A stretch of DNA of 64,000 bases from Balanoglossus misakiensis (Eukaryota > Animalia > Hemichordata), in contig CM082581.2 in the NCBI GenBank assembly GCA_040954595.2, forward strand, positions 13,465,921 through 13,529,920, read 5' to 3'. Numbering within the stretch: position 1 is the first letter of the stretch; every line of letters begins with the position of its first letter. This document shows positions 13,191 through 23,755 of the stretch, piece by piece. The notes below the pieces were generated by a model that was not told where the DNA came from, searched no databases, and saw only the letters and a program-made list of their open reading frames with translations. The position numbers were made by a program, and so were the translations under genes.

Positions 13191-15922
13191 AAGGAAAGAC
13201 TCAAAGAAAGACGCCTGAGCTTGTAAAAACTCGTAATATTTTATGGAAATTGCAGAAGCCAAATTAATTCAACATTAATTGTCTTTTGTTACAAGCAATA
13301 AACCTGTAATCACTGACCGTGCTGGTGACAGACACCATCACTGTATAACACACTCACATCAAAAACCAAAGTTAAGTTTATAAACATTCTGTCATTGAAA
13401 TAAGCGGTGAACATCTACCTTTAAAAACACACTGATCATTTCTACATGCATTACATATGTACCTTTGGAGGGATTTGTCCGTAGGGTCTAATTTGTTTCA
13501 GATTTCAGTACGACATAGTAATTTAATTAAAACCCTAACAAATTAACACTAAATTAACACAAATTACAATTGCTTAAGACCGGGCAATTAGAACCCGCTG
13601 ATGATGTTTAATAACACATTTTTAATGCAAAATATATTGGACAAGGCGTTTTGAAAACGTACATTGTTTCTCGGCTCAGCAGGAAGTGCGTACCCTGATT
13701 CCATCATCATCTGTTCGTTCAACGATTGTGCATAATTCTTTCAGAGAAAAAAGTTCTTTGTATTCATGTACTTTTGACGCCCCCGAGATAGATTAGAGCA
13801 CACATTGGAAGGATATTAAAATTGGCTGACAAATGACACCCCTTTCGATAGAGAGAACAACGCCTGTCCCAAGTTATTAAATTTATCAATCAAGTTAGTG
13901 ATAACTGGGGGACTCCATTCAAGACATCAAACATTCGTTTTCTGAAATATCAATATGTAGATCTTAGTACATGTATTGCGCTTCTGAATACCCGTCGTCA
14001 AGAAAGTATTTAGTGTAGATCTGCCCGTTACTATATCACGAATCACTCGCCACTGAAGAATTATTTTAATTTCCTTATCAATATTGAAGCTTTTGGTGAC
14101 GTGGAGCCTTTGCCTTGGTAGATCCGCGAGGTATTCTAGTTGAAAGTGTTGCTGTCCTTCAAGAGGTGCAGGCGATATAGATTCGCGGCCATCAAATAAT
14201 GGAAAGTAGGGGGCTCTGTCACCCGCGGTTACGCTGTTTTTTTAAGAAAACAAACGCGTGATTGACGCGCTGCTTGGAGAAGACTGTCAGGGAAGAAAAT
14301 GGGAGTCACAAAGAAAGCAGAGTCGAAGCAATTACCATATTGTGGTGCACATGGAATGACAATGCAAATGTCAAAAATATGTATTGATAGACCATCACTC
14401 AATTAACACTGTCTACGTTCAATTACAGCAAGCAGTCAACACAGTTACTTTTTAATGAATAAATTTTAACTGCGCTTTATCAGCAGACAGCATTCGGACG
14501 TTCGTTCTTGTCATAAATCAGTCAAAAAGACGATGGCGTGGGCCTTAGAATGAAATACTGAAGTCACAATTTGTAAAAAAAAAAAAAAAAATCAGAGAGT
14601 ATTCTCGGGTTACCGAGTTTTCTTATGACGCTTGGCAACGATGCTACGTCAACAAAAACGAATGTTTCAAACAAAAGGCGGGTTTGAGCCTAAGGGCTAG
14701 TGGCATCTCACGTGATTGAGGCAGTATAGTAACCAGTGTCAACTTGACAGCTTAGGACTAGAAATATATGCTTATTGAGTATTGTTGGGGTACTTATATG
14801 GACATATTCACGATGAATATTGGCGTTTTTCAACCCCTGGTGACAGTCATGGGGATAGTCGAACTTCTCTCAATGCAAAGATGTGTATTTTTTCCAATGA
14901 TAAATAACTAATTAAGTTTGATACCCAAAAGTCGTTTTAACGATTTGTCAGGACAGGTATTGTGAAGGCAGGGATCAATTAACCTACGTAAGATTTTTCT
15001 CTTTTCTGTGTGTGTGTTTTTCACTGTCGATAACAGGAAATAGTTTAGACTTAAAATTTCAAGCGAGTGATGGTGTTCGTCAATACACATGATACAACTG
15101 ATTACAAATTCAGCCGCAGTTGGCTTCGATTTCATATGTTTAACTCAGCATTTCGACATTTCTGTTAAAAACATACAAGTGCTAGGTTAGAATGATTGGC
15201 AGCTTCAAAGTCCTTGATGTGAATGCAGTCTGCAGATATAAATCCATTCTCATGAAATCCATTCACACTGTAACGACGCAAAGCGAAGCAACTGAAGCAA
15301 ATCCAATGATAGCAACACTCTTGTCCCCCCCCCCTTCCTGAGTTTCATTTAACCGTACACGTGGTCACAGTCACACAGTCATTATGAAGCTTTATTTTCC
15401 TACAATGGCCACGCATTAGAGGGCGCGTTGTCTCCATTTCCATCCCTTCAAATAATTGGGGAACTGTTCTATTTAAAATCAAAGCATTAAACCGGGCCAT
15501 GTGCAAAGAAAATGATAATTAATTAAAGTTCGGGCAGGAGATATATATAGATGTGATTTTAAGATGTGGTTTTAAGAAGTTTGCAATCCAAACTAAAGAG
15601 GGCGCTATGGTTGTAACAGGTGCTGTACTGTGAATTAATTAGTCTTTTCAACATCGCAAAAAATTCTTAAATCGCTTCATCATGTTACACGCACCTCAAC
15701 ACACGTTTGCACAAAAGTGAATCGGTACTCGATTCTTCACAATGTGCTTGGCATGGAAACAGCATATTTAAATGGAATGCATGGAAAATATACAAGAATT
15801 TGATCAATTTGAAGTTAATATCACATGCCCATAACACAGTAGTATTTGACACCAGATAATATGTCATGCAGATAAACATGATGAATAAAAACACACACAG
15901 AAGTAGAGAATAATACTATTTT

Positions 15923-15928
15923 TTTATT
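15923..15928 (-). terminator. Candidate polyadenylation signal (AATAAA) for NHP2
   Basis: TTTATT on the plus strand, about 225 nt downstream of the NHP2 stop codon. A second copy lies near 15391. Confidence 0.5.
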
Positions 15929-16152
15929 TTGAAAAAAAATTGTTAAAATATGAAGAGTTTCTGAAAGAAATGCTTGAGTATAAAGTAATCTATTCCAAAC
16001 TCGACAAAAATAGTTGTACACGTATATAGTGCGCCCTTAATGGCAAAAATGAAATCAATTTCAAAGCTCAAGGGTCATCAGTTTGAGTCAGGAGGTCAGG
16101 TGCCAATCCTTATACATGGCATCAAAAGACAGCAGGGGTCGGGGTTCAATGG

Positions 16153-17375
16153 TTAAATTGGAAGTGGCAGGGCTTTAACATCATTAAAACAGTCATTGAA
16201 ATTGCTCTTGTATTCTTCATCTTCCTTCACAAGCACACAGGCAGTTGGTCGCTTGGCACCCGTAGCAGATCCAAGGTCCTAGAGAAGAAATTTAACAATA
16301 TGAGATTCAGTCAGCTGTTACTATGAATACAATATACGTATCTAGGAAACAGATGATGTTGACTCATGATGGCCAATGATTAAATGTTGTATGGGAATAA
16401 GGAAGAGTTCTGTTTGTGGAAACTCACCTGTTTTGATGGTACATAGACGTATGGAATCTCATTGTCTTCACACATCAATGGAATGTGGCAGTACACATCA
16501 ATGGGCGTCACATCACCCGCCAAGATCACAATTCTGAAAATAAGCAAAAGGTCAAGGTTGTCAATGCCATGGGGCGTATTTTGATGACATTGATTGCAGT
16601 GACAACTATCACACACTCAAACAGATTGTGCTTGCTGCATGTACATGTACCACTCTAACAAATCCAGATAGAGTTCAGTCTGTCTGAGACTGGAAAGGTC
16701 TTGGGCAAGTCGAATTGATTTCAGTAAGGATTACGATACTTACCCCCTTTCACCTTTTCTGATGAATTTCTGGACTTCTTTTACCCCTCTTCTTACTTTT
16801 TTCACTTTACTTGCTGAAAGATATATATGTGTAGGCAAGTTTGTAAATGTACTACTCAAATGAAATGGCACAATATATGATGTGGCTTATGAGTTCAGTC
16901 AAGCAGGGTCTGTTTTCTTACATTGAGGATTTGGTGTCTCCGGTCAAATGATATGATACTACACCCTAAATACATACTGGTATCTCATACATATGTATAC
17001 AATGTACATGCGAGGCTGACAGCTATTAAAATATCGGTGAACCCACAGACAGTATATTCATCCGCAAAAGACGTGTGATGGACTAATAAAACAGTCCAGC
17101 ACTGGGATTTCGCATGTGACTCCACTGGCTATGAGTGAACCTGCTGTCGATTTCCTACACACGTGTGGTCAACAATACACTCCATGTGGGCAGCCATATT
17201 GTGACCTACCTTTCTTCACTGTTTTGTGCAATCGCTTCGTCAGCTTCCTGCTGGCCAAGGGATTCGCTATCGGGTTTAACAAAGGCAGGAGACTTTCATA
17301 CGACCTTTCGGTCTCCTCCGTCTCTCCTTCTTCTTTAACTTTAACTTCCTTCTCTTTCTTCGGTGTTTTCCCCAT
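16153..17375 (-). CDS. NHP2: H/ACA ribonucleoprotein complex subunit 2 (L7Ae family), 4 coding exons: 17375-17210, 16813-16744, 16533-16428, 16278-16153; 155 aa
   Basis: Exons join in frame across GT-AG introns (phases 1, 2, 0) to give MGKTPKKEK...LNPIANPLASRKLTKRLHKTVKK-ASKVKKVRRGVKEVQKFIRKGERG-IVILAGDVTPIDVYCHIPLMCEDNEIPYVYVPSKQ-DLGSATGAKRPTACVLVKEDEEY...LPLPI*. The RRGVKEVQKF, LAGDxxPI, IPYVYVPSK and DLGxAxGxKRPT motifs are diagnostic of NHP2. Exon sizes of 70, 106 and 126 nt match human NHP2 as I recall it. Confidence 0.97.
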
Positions 17376-20361
17376 GGTGTGATCGCCACAACGTGCAAAC
17401 GATTACTGTGTGAGGTCAAAGGTTATTGTGTTGGCGCCCTCTGTGCTGTGATTTATAAAACCTTCTTTTTTCATGCATCAGACATAAACGAATACATGAT
17501 ATGGCATACAACAGAAATTACAAAAACAGAACCAGAAATCACGTTTTTTTATTATGAATATGTAATATTTAATAAAGTATTTTACAAATAACAATCAATA
17601 TATAATATGACAGTATCAAAAGACATTTATCAGTGACATGGGAACAGATTGCTTCTTTTAAGGTGGCATTGCACGAAACCGTCAAGACTTTTTCAGAGGC
17701 CAATTTCTCATCAAAGACAACATTAAAACCCCTATAAACCATACATATTCTGGAAGCTTTTGTTTGAGTTGCATATTTTATTGAAACGGAAATGGTGGCG
17801 TTTTTGGGTTAAAAAAACTTTTTTTGATATTATGTCACTAAATTTGAATTACGTTAAAAAGTTGACCATGCATCATTCATCTTAATATGTCATTCGAAAC
17901 TAGAGTACACGTGCAAAAAGGCAAAAATTTAGTTTTGCGTTATCTGCTTCCATTGAGGAGTAACAGCGTTTGAAAGTTAGATTTTTAGAAAATTTGATCA
18001 AATTCACGATGAGTTGTATGATCACGGTCACTCCACTTTTTAACAGGAGTTGTTTAAACCACGGAGAGATTTTCAGTTCAAACATGCCAGTTAATAATCA
18101 AATGCTTGGCATTTCTCCATCTTCACAGATTCGTCCTTTCCCGGCCAGACCCACACAAAGCGTCTCTTCACAACCGGATCAGACGTAAATGAAAGCCATG
18201 TAAAGAGCTACAAAAAGACATTGATATCAGGTAAGCAAATGGTTATCTACTTCAGAAAATATGACCACACATGTGCATCCCATGCATGCCTATGTGCGCG
18301 GAGTAGCATTATCGGGCAAGTGTGTTGTAAATCTACTCCACCGAAGTCATGACTTGACAGGCTCAATATTCCGTGAGTTTTAAGAACTTTCAGTACTTTT
18401 GTTCACGTACATACGAATACATTCTTCTTTTTGTTCCCGTGTCTCCATGGTCCCGGTTCGTAAATTAGGAAATTTTAAGGCTTTATAATTATTGACAACG
18501 GAAGAAAACTGGGTTATTCTAAAAGTCACAGGACTTGTTTCCGATACGATTTGAAAGCGAACTTAAAACACTTAGCGACACATCAAAATCGTTCTTCATC
18601 GATGACTTCGATTGGACTTGAAATTTGCAGCGAACATTAACATTCGCAAGCCGCCCTGTTCTCACGAGATATTGAGCGTAGGACGACATCTCTTCAATGT
18701 AAAAGTTATCAACCGCCGCGTTTGTCTAAAAACAAACGTCGACAACAACAGAGTATGATGTGCCCCAAAAGGTGGCAACACCGTACAACCTTACTGATAA
18801 CCACTCGACTAAGTATTCGTTCTTTCACGAATTTTGAAAAGTGGGAAATTTCACCTTGAGTTCCCATGGCAGACAACAGGTTTCCTAGTGAAACCTGACT
18901 AACCGGCTTCCACCGGTCACAACTCATCCGATCTAACATTCTCGAGTCCTTGCTAACGACGCCGTTGGCGACGGAAACAGCAAACATTATTGAATAGATC
19001 GCTACTCAGTAGGGATCCAGCAGGGACGGAAATTGGCGAAACCACAGATCGGTGTATTTCTACCAGCTATTTGATTGGCCGGCAAGTGTGACGTCATGTG
19101 TACGTGACAAGCCGGGTGTACGACAATTGACAGGCACCAGACTGTTCAACCTTGTAGGGTATCACTTAAAATAGAGGTTTGAATTGAGTTCCATACCCTG
19201 AAGACCATACAATCTATCAGCGTCTCATTGGAATTGTCATCTGCAGTTCATTCACAATGTACGATTAAACTTCAAACAAGATTCCGCTATTTAAACCATT
19301 CATTGGAACTTGGATATCACGGTAGTTTTTGGTAATAATAATTATAATCATGATATTATAATTGAACTTTTATTTCGAGAACCAAATGAAGAGAATATTT
19401 ACTAATAATGACTACATTGCGAAACAGATAAACCTGGTTTAAAAAGAAAACAGACTTTTCCAGAAAGCATTTCTGAAAATAACATACGGACTACCGCCAG
19501 CCTAAACACTTTTGAAGGAGAGGATGATGGAGCCGAGATGTTCACAGCACACAAGTAACGGCCTCGGTTAGAGTGACTCAGCTTTGCTATGGCTCCAATA
19601 AAATGTTCAAATTTACGAAGCTCACGCATAAATGTCAAATAGATCATTGATCTGTTTCCTTTTAATTTAATGCGACATTTTGAACAATATCACCAAGATT
19701 AGCAATCCTACCGGTATAACAAGATGGTTCAGCTAGTTCTGATGTGAAAACATGCAAGCAGTAGACGTAAAATTCCCCGAACACTAAATGTTCCATTACA
19801 GTTCTTTCACATGGTTGAAATACTATTGTAACCGCTGTTTAGGTTCCCTGGCACTTTCCCGATTTATTGCAGGCCAATTAAGAGTATCATTTCACCATTT
19901 AAGTCACGTCCAATGCCCACGCTAGATCCGATGTTAAATGCCTCCATATTGAGGTATGCAAAACAAACATTTCCAAGAATCATGTTATGAGAGTGGCAAG
20001 TATAGAGTGCCTGTACTACACTATCACAGACGCGCACTGAATATGAAAACTTGAGATTTTTTTAGAATTGATTTTCAAACGAAATGTGTGCTTCTTCACT
20101 AAACGTCTCAGATAAAGTCAATTTCGTGGTGATAAATTAAGTTTGACTATATTGCAAGACAAATAGTGACAGCAAATAAAACACCCAGTGCCTCCCTGGA
20201 ACTTTTCCATGTTGCATTTTTAAATTACCGCCCACGTGGGGGCACAGGCGATAAACAACACAAATTTACAACTTAACGCGTCTTTCTTCGCCATCACTTT
20301 TGGAGACGACGCGAGACACTCAAACGATCAAGTGGTCCGATCCCGGAAAGAGGGAGTCCGC

Positions 20362-20628
20362 GTGACGTCACCTGGACCACCCTCGATCTCGTCACTCCCA
20401 CTCGCTCCCACCGCAGAGCAGGGTCGGGAAGTGAAAGTGCATCAATTGGGCATGCAGTGCACCGCGTACCGGGCAACTTTGTCGTCTCTTGTTTCTTGAT
20501 CGGCGCGCTCTTGCAGCATGTCAATAAGGCTGACTTGACATGACATGAGTAACCACTCACGGATCACGGTGGGTGTGTCATGTGAGAAGTCTCCTGCCTT
20601 CCGGCAAAAGCAGATTTGTCTATATAAA
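20362..20628 (+). promoter_or_regulatory. Probable core promoter of the vasopressin/oxytocin-type gene: palindromic CRE (GTGACGTCAC, 20362-20371) and TATA box (TATATAAA, 20621-20628)
   Basis: Both motifs are directly visible in a CpG-richer patch. They are followed by an ATG-free stretch ending in a consensus donor, AAG|GTAAGC, at 20815/20816. Confidence 0.6.
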
Positions 20629-20649
20629 CACAATAGGGGGTTCGATCGA

Positions 20650-20815
20650 GTATACTGAGTATCTGGACTGGAGGAACTTCTTAAAGGCGGACAAGTCTTT
20701 TTTTCTTAGTCACTGGCCAGCACTGTAGGAGTAGTGTTCTATCCAGCAACCAACAACTGCTTGCTTCAAGTGTACGGTACAGCACACGGCGACATCGCAA
20801 CGGTATAACGTCAAG
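20650..20815 (+). other. Probable non-coding first exon (5' UTR) of the vasopressin/oxytocin-type gene; start is approximate
   Basis: Begins about 25-30 nt after the TATA box, has no ATG and ends in a strong donor. The first coding exon starts at an acceptor (tttttatctttccag|, 23743/23744) 12 nt before the ATG, so an upstream exon is required. Confidence 0.6.
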
Positions 20816-23755
20816 GTAAGCTTTCTCCTTTCTATAGAAATACCACATTTGATAGAAACACTGTTTGCATACATACACATTTTACAATTTCACAATTGTG
20901 TATTTGTTAACACTTTTTGTGACTTTTTCGCTTCCCACAACTAATCACAAATCGTGGAATGAAATCACTTACAAACTTTTCGCTTATATAGAAGTTTAAT
21001 TTGGAGAGGTAGATAGACGCCTTTACATTAGACTTATAAGTTTATCCACTACTTCATGGCACCTTCCGAAAAAGCTGTCATGAATGAGACCCACCTCACG
21101 TTAGATGGGCCTAGAACTTTGTGCCAATAAACTTGGCTCATATGTAGAATAGAGTAATGTTCCAACCGTGTTTCAGCGCAAGCGAAGCTATAAACCGTCA
21201 CTGGGATGGGGGAGGAGGGGAGTGCCACGCATACATGTACCAGAGCGTCTCCACTTCTCCTCAGGCCCACCCCTTGCAATATACAGAAACCTCCCTTGGG
21301 GGCTTTTGAAATACATGGGGCATCGTGACGAGCCAGTTACACTGAGGCTTTTAATGTCTTCGCGATACTCACTAGAAGAATGATGGGCAAAAAAAGCCAA
21401 TACAGATTGTGGGCATCCCTGCTGTTTGGCTACTGCTGCTAAAACTCTTTGCCGCAGGGTAATTCTTCCTCTTGGCCATCCCTTGTTTGCCTGAATCGAG
21501 TCAACTTCCTAACTTTCCAACTGGATACAGCTTTCAAGATACAGGCGATGAAACTTCGAATGTAAGGTTAAGCAAAACAAAAAGAAAAGTAGCTTGAGTA
21601 CTTAGCATTAGTAATGAATGGTTAAATGATATTTTAGTCTTTAAAAATATTCAGTATAAAGCATTTTACTTTGCATTTTGCCTAGTATGAAGTTGCCACA
21701 ATTTTGAATTTGAAAGACCAATCACTTGTACACATGCATGTACTGGTATATGCAATTGTTGAACTGTTATAATTGACAACAGGTTGTATACATCGCAACC
21801 CACTAAAACTATATTATCTGACGGTGTTTAGAGGTGGTGAACTCGGTTTCAAGCACGCAGCAGTATCAGGCGAATTCGACCTCTTAAGTGCCGTTCCTCT
21901 CAGTTTAATGTTCCCACAAAATGGCCAATTATCCGCGTCTGGTTGTTTGAGGGATCCGCTGTCTGAAAATGTATCCTCTCGGATCAAACGTGTAACTTCA
22001 GTAATCTTGTTGTCACTGCTTGGAGAGGTGTACTGCTTTGACAGTAAGAAGCGAAGTTGCAAACCACTTTACTATATACCATGGTTTTTCAAACGAAAAT
22101 AATGAAATGAATGACTTTTGAAATGACATCTAATTGGAACAATTTCCCTCGATAAATACCGACTTCTGCCACAAACACGTTGTCAGATTCCACCCTTTAT
22201 TCGAGTCCCGTTAAGCACCGATCAAGAAAACATGTACTTGCCTCAAGACGCATTAGTTTAACCTGTGGCGAAGCAAAGTATTTTGTTTTTAGTTGATTGA
22301 TCGAGTTTCTTTTAAATGTTTTCCAGTCCGTCCTACAAACGAATCTCTGCACGTATGCAACAAAGAAATGTGTCATAGGATCTGAAAATTAGCATAAGCT
22401 TAAAAAGAGGGCTCAGCCTTATAGAAAGTAAAATAGTAGTGTAGTCGTGTCTTCTGTGTAGCCACTTCGAAAGATTTATGCTAACGACAGTCAGATCTAT
22501 TGCAACATCCGACACAAATTGCTGTATTTCAATAATCACCCTACAACAAGCCATATTTAATGACGAGAACAGCATTGAGTACGAATCGGATGCTCAAAAC
22601 ACTTGCACTTCTATCCTTCGGAGCGATGAAATTTGTTCCCACACAGTTGGACGCCGACTAAGTGTCGCCACTTCTATGCAAATTGACCTCGTGACTCGAC
22701 AAATCAGCGACGCACACCCTTTTAATTCTGACACTATATTACTTCAGCCGAAGGATGACGAATGAAGACGAATTCGGTGGTGAGAATAAATCTCTGTATC
22801 AGTATGGCTGTGCTATAATTCACGATACTTGCAGACGAGCAGGACTCTAATATGAGAAAATCTATTAAAGCTGTCATGATTGATTTGCCAATCTCTGTGT
22901 CCGTCCGCGGAGTTTGTTTTCTCTCAGAAGGCAAAAGAGCGACCAAACATTCGAATTCGTCCATACATAGAAACAGTGCGATCTGTTATAAATTCTACAT
23001 ACTCACGCGTTATGTATCTTTTTTGTCAAATCAGAAACTTTTCTGTCTGACTAAAATGATGATGCTGCTACTGTACACCTCGAAAATCAATGACACCAAC
23101 TGATATACAACATCGCTCGATTGTTTCTATAAATCAAAGGTTGTGTGTCACTCGCCGAAAATGCTTCGATATTCACGGCAATAAAACTCTAAAAGGCGAT
23201 GAGACATTCACAATTAAAACTGTGATTTAGACTTCTTATAATGTTTTCTGTTAAAGAGCGTGACGCTATTTTATCTCCACTCCTTATTAAACTTCCCCAA
23301 CAATTAGTTGATTGATGGATTGCCTCGTCCAGCCCAAACTGCAATGTGTGTGCGCGCGCGGGCCAGGAGTCATGACAACCCCTGCAGCAGAGAGCGAAGA
23401 GAGTAAAGCTTTTCGATGAATAACTGTGCAGGGGTTTCAAACATCGTGCAAGATCTGATTGGACAGCGGCAAGAACCCAAAAGATCTCATTTCAATCGGC
23501 ATTCATTCAGTGGACATATGTGCTTTTTGCAGTAAAATATATTTGTTCCTGAGATCGTCTCACAAGAATATTCACACGGAATGCACACAGAAGTTTCTTG
23601 GAATTTCTGTGCGCATTGCTGTCTATTCTAGATAGTTCTACACAACATACATATCTCTGCATTCGTTATTTCAATTACGTCATCGGAAATGAGGTACGGA
23701 TGAAAGTTAAGAAAAGCCAACAACATATTTTTTATCTTTCCAGACACGTCTGAAG

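Noticed and set aside
17659-19170. TTAA-GG-starting segment that looks like the end of a TTAA-targeting DNA transposon; similar CCTTAA ends near 415, 2269 and 58510
   Set aside because: No matching inverted partner end was found in the window, so no element boundaries can be given.
20321-20365. GnRH-like reading Q-T-I-K-W-S-D-P-G-K-R upstream of the neuropeptide gene
   Set aside because: The frame is closed by stops on both sides, has no ATG or signal peptide, and overlaps the CRE. Most likely chance.
22734-22964. Minus-strand QTPRT...TALIDFLIL resembling the end of a LINE endonuclease domain, within the neuropeptide first intron
   Set aside because: A single weak motif, not enough to call.
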